Source of the DNA: Takakia lepidozioides | Taxonomy: Eukaryota > Plantae > Bryophyta | Assembly (NCBI GenBank): GCA_030704615.1 | Contig: CM060731.1 | Location: forward strand, 30,752,001 to 30,816,000 | Reading direction: 5' to 3' | DNA: 64,000 nucleotides | In this document: positions 50,019 through 64,000 of the stretch, one piece after another | How the letters are laid out: each line of letters opens with the position of its first letter | Numbering within the stretch: position 1 is the first letter of the stretch | Notes under the pieces: model-generated | Database searches by the model: none | Told to the model about the DNA's origin: nothing | Seen by the model: the letters and a program-made list of their open reading frames with translations, nothing else | Position numbers and translations under genes: made by a program

Positions 50019-52518
50019 ATGAGTGATGAAAGAGAAGCTAGACTCCAGAGATATTCAGCAAAAAGAGAAAGTTATCTGAAAGCTAATTATCCATATCTTT
50101 GGGAGAGAGGAATAGACATAGGGGAATCATCTGGACCTCTCACACCATTAAGATCAGAGAGTACATCACCCATACCGGAAGAACTAGAGTTGGATGCCAC
50201 TCCTTCTTTTTCTTTGCAAGAAAGATTAAGGGAATTGGTACGGGAAGAAGATCAACCACGAGGTGAAAGATCTGAGGTACATCCCTGGATAAAAGATTTG
50301 ACATAAATCTTTGATAAGAGTTGGCATGGAACACCAAAAGCAGGAACTCCAGTTTCTGAAACGGAAGATGAAGAAGGAGGAGAGGATGTGGCAGAACCAA
50401 CGGAGAGTTCAGACTCTCCCACCATTGCAGTTGAGTTACATGAGTGAAGAAGAAACCCAAGGGCAGAACTTGGAGGATGAAAACAGAGAGAAGAAATTGG
50501 AAGAGGAAGAGTATGAAGAAGTAGACCCAACAGCTGAGGTTGAGACTACAACCAGGACATCCCAACCCGTTGGACCTGGATCAAGTGAGCACTTGGATCA
50601 CAGGCCAACGAAGGTGTCGGCTCAGGGGGATCAGGCGGGCAGCCTGGATCTGGCTCTGGGGGGACAGGGAGTGTGGGAAGTAGTGCAACTGGAGCTGGGA
50701 ATACTGTGAATATCGTGGGGCCAGTAGCAGGGAGTGCTCAGGGGCCACCACTTGGTGGAAGATCCACCACAACTACAACAGGTCCTCAAGGACCAGCACC
50801 AGCAAGGGGATCCTATAGTGAACAATGAGAATGGTGATGATGCCAAGATGAGACTGTTTCCTTGTTCACTTATCAAGAAAGCAAGTGAATGGTATGCAAG
50901 ATTCCCTGATAATCATTTCCTAACCTAGAATGGCTTGAATACAACATTCCGAAATAGGTTCAGGACAAGTAAAACTGAGGATGAAGTGTATGGAAGTTTA
51001 CAACAGTTAAAGCAAAAGAAGCATGAAACTGTTGAGGAGTATATGGAAAAAATGGAATTGATGATGAAAAAGCTGGCTGCTGTACCAGCACCAGGTTTAC
51101 AGAAGACTTGGTTTGTGAGTGGACTAAGACCAGAGTTGCAGAAGAAAGTGGATATGTTACCCCATAATACAGTGGAGGAGGCATTTGAAACAGCAAACAG
51201 AATTGAGGAATTGGGAATGCTCAGGAGGGAGAAAATGGATGATGAGGACTCTGAGGATGAGTCAGATGAGGAAGAAGAGCAAGAGCTGAAAAGGAAGAGT
51301 AAGAGGAAGGAGAAGTTGAAGAGGGATAACTATGAGAAAAGATTAGAAGAAATCTTGAAGAAGTATGCCACAGAGGCTGCAACACATTGGAGGAAGGGTG
51401 TTTGGTGTGCAAAGTGCCAGAATGAAGGCCATACCACCACTGAATGCCACATGAAGGAGAAACACTGTACTATCTGTAAAATGAATAACCATTCTACTGA
51501 GAATTGTTACTACAACAGAAGGACAACAGCTAGAGATTCTAGGCAAGTAAGGGTGCATCAAGTGCAGCCCCAGCCAAGAAGAAACAGTGATCAGGACCAC
51601 TATGGTAGGCCTGGTGGTTATAACAATGGTATGGAAGGGAGAGGTAATCCAAGAGGGAATTACCAAGGGAATTCCAGGGGCAACTATCAGGGTAATCCAA
51701 GGGGGAATTACCAGCCAGGGAATCAGGATTACAGAAATAATCCTAGAGCAGACCAAGGGCGAGGACCCAATGGTGAAGAACTGTGTTACTATTGTAATCA
51801 GGCAGGACATCGCAAGGCAGCCTGTTTATTCTGGATTAGACACCAGAATGAGATGAGAGCTCCTGTGAATGAGGGCCCAGTGATGGCAGCTCACATGGTT
51901 AGGCCATGTGTTCTACCAGAAGTAAGTACAATGATAGTAACGAGAAGCAAAGCCAAACTAATACCTCTAGTAGTTGAGGAAGATGAGGATAATGAAGATG
52001 GCAGTGATGTGCCTGAAGATGATGAGGCTTGGAGGGATGAGAAGGAACTGCACAAGGAGGTGGCAAATACCATAAGGGAAATGCAGAAGAGTACTGATAT
52101 TCTTATGGCAGATTCCTCTGATTCTGAAAGAGAAGAGGAAGTGAGTGAGGATGAAGGGAAGAAAGAAGCTGCAGACATGCAGAGTAATGAAGGGACTTTG
52201 GCTGAAGTAATATGGCAGTCCAAAGCAGAGACTACCATTGGACAGCTATTGGCTGTGGCACCTTATTGTAGACACAGGCTGTATCAAGCAATCAATCGAA
52301 TTGCCCATATGACAGGAAACACAGACCTGAACAGCAAGGTGACCAGTTATAATGTGAAGCCGGAAGGGCGAGAAACAGTCATGGACTTTGATGATTCTAT
52401 GCCAGTAATCCAATTGAGAATTGGAAGCATAGAACTAATTGATGTACTGATAGATGGAGGCTCTGGAGTGAATATCATGACAGACCAATTAAGGCATAAG
52501 CTTGGTCTAGTAACATGA
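50019..52518 (+). pseudogene. gag: Gypsy gag (capsid, CCHC Zn knuckles) and start of aspartic protease
   Basis: RLFPCSL..KASEWY, LKQKKHETVEEY, CAKCQNEGHTTTEC, CYYCNQAGHRKAAC, VLIDGGSGVN. Confidence 0.85.
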
Positions 52519-55500
52519 AACCAGCCCCATTTACAGTAACAATGGCAGATCAAAGAAGTGTACAGCCATTGGGATTGATAAGAGGAGTTAAGATACAGAT
52601 ACAAAAGATGATCTTTATGATCACAGTAACTGTGTTGAAAATGGATGAAGTCATGGAGGCTTACTCCTTATTATTGGGACGTCCGTGGCTGAAACAGGCC
52701 AGGGTATTCCATGACTGGAATTCTCAGTTACTAACTGTGCATAATGGGATGCACAAGATACAAATTACCACTAAGAAATCTAGTAGATTACCTGCTACGA
52801 GAAGACCTCGAGGGGTCAGGGAGTATGACTGGAGGGGAGGACTGGATGAGGAGCAGGAAGCTACCCTGTTCGCTGCACACCCAGAGTGGGAGCAGGTTGC
52901 AGAGATGCAGCTGGAAGGCCTAAGTTGTTTAAAAGGTATCCGCTGTGGTGTAGTGACAGCAACACCAATTGAAGGAGAAATAAGCAGTTACCCACCACAT
53001 TTTTATGAAGAAAGAGAAGGAGAAATGGAAATCCTAGAGGAACCAGCCACTGTGAGTTTACAAGATGAAGTGGTGACTGGTTGGACAATCACAGCTGATG
53101 AGCAGGTGAGAGAAGTGAATGTGGGAACTGAAGAGGAACCGAGGATGGTGAAGGTAGGGGCTGATTTGGAGCCAGAATTCTTTGAGGAAGCTAAGAGTTT
53201 GTTCATCAAATACAGAGATGTATTTGCTTGGAGCTACGAGGATCTAAAAGGGATACCACCTGAGATCTGTCAGCATAAGATTGAATTGGAACCAGGGTCA
53301 GTACCAATCAAACAGGCAAGGTACAGAATGAATCCCAACTATGCATAGAAAGTTGGAGAAGAGATCAAGAAGGTTGCTGAGGCTAAGTTTATATACCCAA
53401 TAGAGTATACAACTTGGTTGTCACCCATTGTGATAGTTCCCAAGAAGAATGGTAAACTGAGAGTTTGTGTGAACTATAAGAAGTTGAATGCTTGCATGAA
53501 GAAAAATCCATTCCCTTTGCCATTCACAGAAGCAGTATTGGACACTGTGGCAGGCCATGAGATGTACTCATTCATGGATGGCTTCAGTGGTTATAATCAA
53601 GTGCAAGTGGCAGAAGAAGACCAGGGAAAGACAGCTTTCATCACAGACTGGGGTGCTTATGCATACAAAGTCATGCCTTTTGGACTTTGTAATGCACCAG
53701 CAACCTTTTCAGAGAGTGATAAGTGAATCTTTTCATGAGTATCTGGATGATTTCATGCAGGTGTTCTTGGATGATTTCAGTGTGTACAACTCTAAGAATG
53801 AGCACTTGCATAAATTGGAGTTATGTTTGGCCAGATGCAGAATGAGAGGTCTGGGCCTGAATCCAGAGAAGTGTACTTTCTGTGTGAACTCAGGGGTGCT
53901 TTTGGGACACATTGTGTGTAAGAGGGGACTTCTTGTGGATCCCAAAAAGAAAGAGGCCATTAAAGCCTCACCATCACCAGCAAATATTAAGAGTCTAAGG
54001 AGATTCCTTGGACAAACCAGTTATTACAGAAGATTTGTCAAAAGGTATGCACAGATAGCAGCACCATTGAGCAAGCTTCTGAAGAAAGATGCAGTGTTTG
54101 CATGGACAGCTGAATGTCAACAGGCTTTTGAGGAACTTACATTGTCAGTAACAACTATACCTGTGCTGATTAACCCTCACTGGCATGTAGTATTTCATGT
54201 TCACTGTGATGCCTCAGGAGTTGGGAGCGGTGTTAGCCCAAAATGTTACAGGAAATATAGATTCACCGGTGTACTATGCTAGCAGATTGATGAATAGTGC
54301 TGAAAGGAACTATAGCACAACTGAAAGAGAAGCACTGGCAATGATTTATGCAGTCAAGAAATTCAGGCATTACCTATTGGGAAGAAAGTTTATGTTTTAT
54401 GTGGATCACCAGGCTCTGATATATCTGGTGAACAAACCTTTGATAAGTGGAAGGATAACAAGGTGGTTAATAATCTTGCACGAGTTTGAGTTCGAAGTTG
54501 TTTACAAGCCTGGCCGTTTGCATCTTGTGGCAGATCATTTGTCACGCCTAACAACAGGAGAGGCCGCCACAGGAGTAGACGAGATGCGAGTTTATTTGCA
54601 ATGGAGGTGCAAGGAAGTGCAGATGAATGGTTAGATTGGCAGTGGCCAATCAGATACTATCTTACTCATGGTCAGTGCCCACCTAGTTATGGTAAGGAGC
54701 AGAGGAAGAGAATCGCTATCAAGGCTTTACCTTATACTATGGTAGGAGGCAGAATGTATAAGCTAGGACCTAATGGAGTACTTAAACGATGTTTGTACCA
54801 CCATGAAGTAAATAAAGTTTTGGAGGAAGTTCATAAAGGAGTGGCTGGAGGTCATTTTGGAGAAGAGACTACCAGTAGGAAGATACTACTTGCAGGTTAC
54901 TGGTGGCCTACTTTGTTCAAAGATGTACACAAGTATTGTCAGAGTTGTAATGAATGTCAGAGGCTAGGACCTTTGCAGAGATCTGGGAAGATGGCTTTGC
55001 ATCCTACAATGCCTACTGAACCATTTCAGAAATGGGGACTAGACTTTGTTGGACCAATTAACCCACCGGCCAAGAATACACAGAACAAGTACATAATTAC
55101 AGCCACGGATTATACTACAAAGTGGGTGGAAGCTAAAGCTTTGAGGGACAACACAGCCAGGTCCACAGCAAGGTTCCTGTATGAGAACATACTTACACGA
55201 TTTGGCTGTCCCTTGGAATTTATCAGTGACCAGGGAAGTCACTTCATTAATGAGACCATTGATCTATTGACTAAAGTTCATGATTGTACATAGGAAGAGT
55301 ACAACGTATTACCCACAGGGTAATGGGCAGGCAGAGGCTACCAACAAAATACTATGTACTATCTTGGCTAAGATAGTCAATGCAAACAGAACGGATTGGG
55401 ATACAAAGCTACTGACAGCTTTGTGGTCATACATGACTTCATATAAAGTCACCACTAAGTATACACCATTCCAATTAGTTTATGGTTGGAAGCTTTACTT

Positions 55501-55860
55501 CCAGTGGAATTCTTGTTACCTACCATGAGAACGGAATGGGGAAAAAGAATGGAATTGGAAGATTCAATTAAGGTCAGGAAACATGAATTATACCATGTGG
55601 AAGAAGTACGTGCTGATGCAGCTGATAACATGACCAGAATTCAGATGAAGAGGAAGGAACAGTTTGATGAAGGCAAATTAAAGACTTTTAAGACGGGGGA
55701 TTTGGTTCTCTGGTTGCAGAAAAAGGGGAAGATTGAAGCTTCTAAGCTTAAATCACCATGGAAAGGACCTTATGTCATACAGAAGATGTATGATAACAAC
55801 ACCGCCATGTTACAAACCATTAACAAAGAGATACTGGGAAGAGTCATGCCAATAAGTTGA
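52515..55860 (+). pseudogene. pol: Gypsy pol (protease end, reverse transcriptase, RNase H, integrase)
   Basis: LLGRPWL, SPIVIVPKKNGKLRVC, DGFSGYNQV, MPFGLCNAP, FLDDF, HCDAS, NYSTTEREALA, H...GHFG...C..CQ, WGLDFVGP, ISDQGSHF, YYPQGNGQAE, WKGPY. Confidence 0.95.
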
Positions 55861-56011
55861 AGGGGTACAGTGGTATCCATGACAAACCATTGCAGCACGA
55901 TTTGCATGTTGAAACGCAAAAGCAGTCACGGGCTGCGCCAGTGATACCAACGGAGTATGGAGCACTTGTCGCTAAGCCGAGCATATATGACCAGGGCGGG
56001 CAGTACAAGCA

Positions 56012-56251
56012 TGACATAGCCTATCACAGCCCATCACAGTGTCACACAGCCTATCACATCCCATCACAGTGTGACACAACCTATCACAGCTCAACACAGG
56101 GTCACACGGCCTATCACACCCCATCACAGCGTGACACAGCCTATCACAACCTACCACAGCGTGTCACAGCCTATCACAGCTTACCACAGTGCAACACAGC
56201 CTATCACAACGTACCACAGTATGACACAGCCTGTCACAACTCAACACAGCC
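56012..56251. repeat. CACAGC-core 10-bp / 30-bp higher-order tandem repeat 3' of pol
   Basis: Repeating ACACAGCCTATCACANCCCATCACAGTGT-like 30-mers (~8). Confidence 0.85.
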
Positions 56252-56768
56252 TACCGGGGTTACACAGTCCATAGGATCAGTGACAAGTGGACGTGGGTTA
56301 ACATCCGGAGAGTGGCCGGCGGAAAAGTGGACGGAGGCAGGTTTACAAATGGACACGTGGACGCCAGGGCGAGACACACATCCGGACATGAATTGCAAGA
56401 AGGGGTGTCATCGAGAAAGAAGACAAAATTGGCCGTCAAAGTACCTACCCGGTACATCAACTAATTGTGGGTCCATTAATGCATTCAGTGCCAGGGTAAC
56501 GGAACCCTTTTCGAGTTCAGAAAAGGGAAACCAATGCCACATGTGCTATCCTAGTGGACAGTCCAGGGGGGAAAATCCACGGAAGGGAATTAAATTACAA
56601 AACCAATCACAGAGCCAACAGCCAATCATGAGCTAGAATTACCTGCACAGGGTATTTTCCAAGAAGCAAAATCAAGAATTTAGAGGGATTCTGAGCGCAA
56701 GAGTCAGCGTCGTTCCAAGTAACGGGCGTCTCGACGGGAGAGACAATCAAAGCTATAGCTTTGAAGCT

Positions 56769-59537
56769 ATGGCAGAAATAACAGACTACACACTCGCATT
56801 ACTACTTACGCAGTGGCACAAGGACGGACGAACAGAGAGTACATTTTCTCTAAATCGATACTTGCAAGCCCCACAGGCTTACAAGCACTTACCCATTGCA
56901 TTCTGCGCCAACCATACTTTTATGCTTTGTGCCCTGCAGGCATTTCTTCAGTTGTTGCAACCAAAACCTTTCTGTTTGTCTAGAATGAAGAGAGTGAGAG
57001 GAATGGAGGATATCAGGGTGAAGAGCACCACAATCTTATAGAAGCAAACGATTGTTGTACCACAAGCGGTGCAGCTACTGAAGGAGCTGCGATTGGAGGG
57101 ATTGCTACGCAAGGACTGGTCCTTGCATCATCGGCAGTTCATGATACAATTTCTTCAGAACTTTGAGCCTCGGACAGGACTTACTCAGGTGAGGGGAGTA
57201 GATATAGAAATTACTCCCCAGTACCTGTAGCAGTTGTTTGATTTGCCATCAGGACATGTGGATGTGGATGAGCACAGGGCAAGATTGCAGATAGGGAATC
57301 TGTTCCAAGAAGGGAGTTTCTTTAAAACTCAAGGTTTTGCTTGTACCAAAGCCAAGTACCCAGGGCTTAGAGAAGTTGGCCAAATCTTGAACGTTCTGTT
57401 TGCCATGAAACAGAACTAACAGTATTTGAGCACGTCATTCACAGAGGAGATCCTGAAAGCTTTAAGGGGAGAGGATGTCGCTTGGGCGGAGTTAATGTAC
57501 AACGGATTGGTGGACAAGATGAAGAGGTTACAAGGCACTGCTGCTAAGTCTCCGATCATTGTGTCTGGTCCAATCATTGCTCAAATAATTCTTGATTCTT
57601 GCATACTTGATACTCGGGAAAGAAAGGAGATGGGAGTGTTTGAGGCAGAAATCACTGCAATTGAAGAGCAAGGCTCTTCACACAGTGAGGGTGGACTGGC
57701 AGCGCAACACCAGTCTAAGAGACAGAGGCGGGGTAAGACTATAGTGGCGGATCCACTGGCTTCACGGAAACCGCACGATAATGTTTCCCAAGCTCTTGTG
57801 CAGGAAGGGGCACAGCAGCACATAGAGCTGTTATTATTGGAAGCAGGACCTTCGGAGAGGGAAGAGGAAGTCACATCGATACCACAGCCACCACAACCAA
57901 ATGACTCTGTTGTTTTAGAGGTTCCACAGTTAGTATATGCTGTGGCATCACCACCAATTGCTCAGGAAGGAGAAAGGTTGGACATTCCCACTACATAGCA
58001 GGTCGTGGCCGAAATTGAGAAGGGTGACCTTCTCTATGAAAACTCTGGCTTGGTAAGGGAAACAGTGATTCTAGAGGTGCAGCGGTTGTCCAGGGGAAAC
58101 CCTGTTGTGCATGTAATACCCACACCTGTGACGGAGGTACCACAGGTAGAATATCAAGACACTGCAGCACCTGTGGCGGATGAGGTGGTGCAGGAAGAAA
58201 ATCTGGTGGGGCAATGGCCTGAATGGTTCGTGAGGCATCACACTGTTGAGGATCAGGGAGAACAGCGGCAAGCTCACCATGATGACCCTCAGCAGGCCAT
58301 GCTTATGAGCTCCATAAGCAGGACACTTAATTTGTTGGGCACTTATGTGAAATCCCATGTTCCATCTACCCAATTGGCAGCTTTGAGGGAGGAACTCAGG
58401 AAGGAGTTTGAGGCTCGACTTGCCACTGAGTGTGCAAACAAGGTCGATGAGGAGGTCACTCTCAAATTACAGCAAGAATTAGAGGATACAACAGCTGCTT
58501 TGCAGTTGGCCAAGGAACATTTGATCGAAGCAGGCCTCGCGCAGGACCAGTTGCACGAAGCACATAAGCAACAGCTATACCAAATGCAGGTGAAGCATGA
58601 GAGCAAGTTGCAAGAAGTGAATGCACTACATACGGAGTTGTAGACAGTACATGAGAGGATGGCCATACAATGTGCTACACTCACAACTACTCTTCAGCAA
58701 ATTACATTAGAAGTTAACAGACAAGCAGAGAGATGTATGAAGGCAGAGGCAGAGAATGTCGAGCAGACGAAACTCATTGTTGATATGAAGAATACAATCT
58801 GTCGCAATGAGAATACTTTCAAGCAATACAGGCAGGTTGAAGCTGACCAAGAGAGGTACATCCTGGAATTGCAACAAACGGTCATGGTAAATAGAAATGA
58901 ACTCTCTGTGGCTAACAAGGCTTGGAAGGAAGCCAATAATCTGGCTGCTGCCTATGCGAGTTTGGTTGAACATCATGCAAAGCGCATGGAGGCTTTACAA
59001 CAACAGTTAGATATGTACAAACTTAGAGAGGAGCAGACTCTCAGGGGTGCCACAAGCAACTTGGTGGATAACCACCTTATGCAAGTCTGGTTAGCACAAG
59101 GGCCGGTGGAAGGCAAAGCACCACGGAAGCTCACCCAGGGCGAGATGAATGAGCTCAGACTGTAGGTGCAGAACATTGCCACAACTACTATAGACAATGT
59201 TTATAGTAGGATAGCGGAGCTACAGGAGGATGTAGACGGCCTGCAGACTTAGGTGGAGGACTTGACTTCAAATATTGACAAGAGAGTCTTTGTACCTGAG
59301 GAGCAGCTGATGACTACTTATTTACAAGCCATAACTCTAATTTTTCAGTCTTCTTCGCAAGGGGTGCAGGAGATGCCAGTGGTGGAAGGGCCAATACCAC
59401 AACAAGTGACTGTGCCAGTCGCTGACCCTGTTGTTACTACAGCCACACCACAGCCGCCACAGCCTGAGGTATGGGGGGATGCTGCTTCTAACGGATATGG
59501 TTCATCTCTCCTGCACAAACCCAGAAGGCTGTATTAA
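56769..59537 (+). pseudogene. Long extra 3' ORF of the Gypsy element (coiled-coil-rich), broken by in-frame stops
   Basis: Consecutive same-frame ORFs 56769, 57234, 57426, 58005, 58659 and 59253, separated mostly by single TAG/TAA codons. Confidence 0.65.
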
Positions 59538-62500
59538 TCTCTTTACAAAAGAGGATGAAACAGAATGTGAGGGACCATTTCCATGCAACATAACAACTTC
59601 GCCTGACATACAAGATCACAGTAATCAAGGGTTAAATGCATGCATGGTTCGTAGGTTGGGCACGGTATCGTGTATGAATCCGTTACTCATCAGAGCTATC
59701 ATGAAACCATAACAGTGTAATGTCATTTCCATCCTACAAGGGAGGAGTGCATGCATGTAAGGGTTGAGAAGGAAGTTGGATACCCACTTCTGGGGGAATA
59801 TGGATATGCGCTCTGCTGCATTCATAAAATATCCAAACCTTTCTGAACAAACCACACAAAGGAACCCAGATACGTCATGAAAACACCCATTGAATTCAAT
59901 GTGCATAAGGGGAAATCTTCTCCTTCACAATTTCCTCGAACAGTGATGTCATTGTGGTAAAGGAAGAAATATGTCTATGTAGAGACAAACACATCTGAAC
60001 TTCCCCCTGCACCCTACGAATCAGGATGCGTACAATTGCCTCTTTGCATTTGTTCGTTCATGCATGGGTGGCAGATGACGCTTTCTACCATGCGTCTCCA
60101 AAAAACCCTTCCATCTCACAGGGGAGTTGGTTGCTCCATCGTCAACCTCAGTGAGAGTGGGGTATTCCTGGGGATGATGAATACCCTCCTCGAATGTGGA
60201 CGTCAAGTCACAAATTTTCCCATTCGCTGCTCTAACCATAGCAAGAAGGTGCTGCTGCAAGACCGTGCTCTGTCTTGTCATGTCGAGAACCCGTTCAAAC
60301 TCATTGGATATCAATTCCAGCAATGGCAGTCTTGGACTTTTCTGAGACGAATATATGGTGATGAGTTCTGGGTAGGAAATGAAGCTGTTTTGGACCACAT
60401 TGACATGGGTGATTCAGGTGGTGCAAACAGGCTATGAAGGCCACCTCTGCTGCTGCCAATAAGGCTTCCACAGTATTTTGCTATGGTGCCATCTTCCAAA
60501 TTGGGGGTGCATCATTTGCAAGACCTTCACCTGATGCGCACACATATTCCCTTTGTGGGCATGACGACAATCGCAACACCCCCAGTTCGACTGTGGGTTG
60601 TGCACCGTATAGGTAGTCCCCTCATTCCAAATACATTTCACAGTGGCGATGCCCCCTTTTGTCTGAGGAAGGTGGACATTGCAATCTGGAATCTGTTTGG
60701 CCAGCAGAATTGAGCTACACACAAAGCCCTCAAGACGCTTGTTATGGATGAAGCCATATGTTTTGGCATACGACATATACCAGTAATGGGTGAGCAAATC
60801 ACCTGTCAATTCATGAATGAGCCAATCGACTCGTCTGCTGACCAGTGTGCTCTTTGTGCATTTCACTCGGGCATTCATGTTGCCATGATAAGCTTCAATA
60901 GCGGTGTTTGTGTCTTGTCCTGCATGAGGAATGTTGCGAGCACCCATCCTCCACATCTTAGCTTTAGGAACCCACTCCTGCTCCAAGTAGTTGCAAAATT
61001 CACTTAGAGATGGATACTTGAAACGCAAATTCACGAGTTCACACACTGCCCATGCTTCGCCTGTGTCACCCTCACTTTTTGAAGCACTATACATGATTTT
61101 TGACATGTCTTGCATGACACATGCACGCAAATCGGCATCTTTGATCTTAGCCACGACATTCTTTTGCCATGCTCTCCTGACATGCCAAAGGCATAGAAAC
61201 ACTGCAGAGTCCCCCCACATGGCCCTGACATACAAGAAGCCATGAAAACATTATAATTTGGGCATGTGCAAAAAGGAATTTCTTCGACTTGTGAATCAAA
61301 AATCACCTGATAGCTTTTATTTCAACATCTATATCATCAACAATGAAAGCATGGGGGCACCATCCTGCTTGATGAGCCTGAATCTTCCCGTTGAGAGCGG
61401 ACATCCATGGCTCCAAATCGGTTGCCTTTGATCTTGCTGTGATGATCCATGCAACTGGGATGCCGTTCAACCAGTCGTTGAATACCATCATGGTGTATAA
61501 CGGGTACTACATAAACAACAACCAATCAACAACAATTTAGCAAGGACCAGCGGAGGCAGCATTGACGAGGTTCATTGTACGATGTGGGGATGCACTCTGG
61601 CAAGTATACATTGCAGCTGGCTTCAACGAAGTCAATGAACTTAAACCACAGATCCCACCTTCTTCTCATTGGTTCTGAAGGAGGCGTCACAAGCGACAAT
61701 TCGATGATGGCCAAATTTTGACATTTGTTCCCGCTGCCACGCTATCTGTATGCCAAGAACAAATGGAAGATCAAGTTTGTTGTCACTGGATTTCCAAGCC
61801 TTATGGTTCTTTTCTTCTTGGTAGTAGAAAACACTAGCTGGATTTTAATGCACCCACATGTGGACACTCTGTGCATCATTTGGGTGTTTTTTGAATGTCT
61901 CTTCATCGCATAGCTTTGCAATATTCCGTATGTCATAGGAGAGAAGAAAAGTGTCACGGGTGACGTCCAGCCCTTGGTCCATCAACTCCTTCACTCACAT
62001 GGTGTGCTTGGCCATTATCTTGTTTATGCTCAGCCCAAGACGCAAATTGTGCAAAATCCATGACTTCATGTCATCATTGAGATAGGGAGCTATTGCACTT
62101 CGGTTCAACTAACATGAAGGTCCGTGGCATATGACACCTCTTTCATTTACATATTGTTTCTCATAATAAACTATCTCCGCCATAGGAGGGTCCATGTAGC
62201 ATTGTTTGACAACAAATCGGCACATGCATCCTCTTTTGATGCCTTCTCATGTTTTGTTGTTTGTTGTCCTTATTTGTTTCGGTTTTTCTCCTGTGGATGC
62301 TGGCCCCACTCTAGGCTTTCTCCCCTTTTTCTTGGGTGGACCTGCACGCCATTTCTTCGCATGCATAGCCTCTGTTACCTCCACAATGTTTTGGGTATTG
62401 TCTTCTGGGCCATAGGCGCAGTGATACCTACGCCAAGAACATGACTGGCCATTTAGAACAGCTCTTATGAAACCCGTAAGTGCATGGCTACTGGGATTGG

Positions 62501-62540
62501 ACACAACCTGTACAATCTAAAGCATTCATTTCGTTTTCAT
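59520..62540 (-). pseudogene. Second, unrelated MULE-SWIM transposase (spliced, degenerate)
   Basis: KFGHHRIVACDASFRTN (~61720-61660), MVFNDWLNGIPVAWII...FIVDD, FLCLWHVRRAW, TNTAIEAYH, CDC...GNMCAH SWIM; ends approximate. Confidence 0.8.
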
Positions 62541-64000
62541 GAATCGTGGCATGCTCATCAGGAATTCATACCTTGTAATGTTGATGGCACTGTTGATGCG
62601 TGGTGCCTGAAGACTACTAGTAGGGGTGTTTTTCTGTCGATGACTGATGAAGGTGCATGGGGCCTCCTTCAGGGAGGACTCACCAGCAATAAAGTCAAGG
62701 ACACGATTCCAAGGGATATATGCAATTTCAGCTGTGTTCTCATTAGGTATCTGTCCATGCCATTTGGTTGCACGTCATGGTGTGTGAAAGTACCTGTCTT
62801 TGGTGTCTGTAGCAGACTTTGCAGTTTACAAAACAGGTGGGGCAAAATATTGCCACCTTGAACCACTTCAGCCATGCTTACTGAAACAAAATACTTCTGA
62901 GTTGGCTGGTGTCTTCTTTCGCTGCCCTATACTGCCACAAACGTCGTGCTCTTTTATGATGGTGTTCACACAATTGCAATTTACATGGAATGCTTCATGT
63001 TCATGTGGGCAAGATACAAAAATGATTCCATTTGGAATGTGAATGTGTTGTGCTAGGGACGAGACGCGTTTGGAAACCATGGAGACAACTGATGTACGAG
63101 GAAATGCACGATGAGGGTAGGAAAACCCTTGATTTGGGGTGGCTTTGCATGTGAGGATGTGGCATAAATCCGAACGTCCATTGGTTTCCTCAGATTTGCC
63201 ATTTCAAATTTGAATACCTATCAGAATGATTTTTGAAATAGACCATGATGTATGCTTGGGATTCCATGTATACTTGGTATAGCGCATACTATGGGGGATG
63301 GAGGACGATGCCATGCCCAGGATGGGAGGCGGGATAGGGATGTTCGTGAGGGCATGCGTCATGTCCCCGCATCGGGCACATGAGGGGGGGGGGGGGGGGG
63401 GGGGGTTGCCGTGCGGTAACGGCCGCGCGGTGTGCGGGCGATGGAGGCGGGGGTGGGCGGGGGGTCCACGCTGGCTGAACCGGCTCCCTCGCATTCAACT
63501 CCCGGGCTTGATCTATTACTTGGCGTTCCGCTTTTGGTATTGCGTCAGCTCAACTTCCTGGATATGCACAAAGTGCCCGAGAGCCATTGTGGGGAATGTA
63601 TGGGGGGCGGAAGGGATGGTGACTTAACATATAACTTTATTACGACTAAAAGCCCACCATGTTTCAGTTCTAAAAAATTCCCCGTCTTTTACGCACAAGC
63701 AAGGCAGAAACACCCAACTAGGCTAACTGTTTTAGTGCCAATCTGTCTCTCGCTCCGTGTGAAAACCTGTGAACCCTTTGCTTGTGGTCGTGCCAAACTT
63801 AGGGCAAGGCCAACAAAAAACAAACTACCAACTTCTCAAGAATATTATCACATGGGTTATAAGAGACATACAATCCTTACACTCTTAGTACCTGGGCAGC
63901 TTAGATAAAAAAAATTGTCGACGAACTCCGTCTCCATTGACCTGGAGCCTTATTTTTCACCCGGATAGGCTTCCAACATTGCAAAAAGATAAGATAACAT

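Larger units (their letters stand above)
48747..59537 (+). mobile_element. Degenerate Ty3/Gypsy LTR retrotransposon (non-chromovirus type) with extra ORFs 5' of gag and 3' of pol; boundaries approximate, no LTR pair seen
   Basis: gag-PR-RT-RNaseH-INT order; no chromodomain seen; many stops. Confidence 0.8.

Noticed and set aside
55857-56636. 259-aa ORF with TAYH repeats
   Set aside because: Mostly read-through of the 30-bp tandem repeat after the integrase end; no independent coding evidence.
63384-63405. Poly-G run / G-quadruplex candidate
   Set aside because: Simple homopolymer of unreliable length in a GC-rich TE end region; nothing else supports a function.

Overview
Transposon-dense eukaryotic DNA with GT-AG introns, CACTA, Ty3/Gypsy, Mutator and LINE elements, and CAG>TAG decay. 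It is most likely from a seed-free land plant; no ordinary host gene is evident. The dominant feature is a ~15-kb Mutator-like (MULE) element present twice in inverted orientation: copy A at 942-16113 and copy B at 24769-42080, with GAG...CTC ends and only a vestigial TIR. It carries four things. (1) A GCM/WRKY-type Zn finger + DDE + SWIM transposase. (2) A divergently transcribed ~10-exon gene whose product joins a ParB/Srx-like domain (WDGNHRLLAW) to a beta-class amino-(N6A/N4C)-DNA-methyltransferase-like domain (DMIILDIPD ... VLDLICGT|GASMWAGRFSDRHLFAYEED). (3) Two head-to-head paralogous orphan genes. (4) About 45 copies per element of the palindrome GGAAATGCGGNNCCGCATTTCC, restricted to non-coding DNA: a 53-bp-period array between the two main genes, a second helically phased cluster, and single copies in three introns. 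This suggests a transposon-borne 'ParB-MTase + parS-like palindrome' self-recognition or anti-silencing system; that function is inference. Copy B has a 5-kb internal inversion that breaks both main genes, and each copy has its own solo-LTR-like insertion. Copy B splits a CACTA transposase. The spacer between the copies holds CACTA accessory exons (including an FCP1/NIF phosphatase-like domain) and a truncated LINE. The right third holds a degenerate Gypsy element with extra ORFs and a second, unrelated MULE-SWIM transposase.
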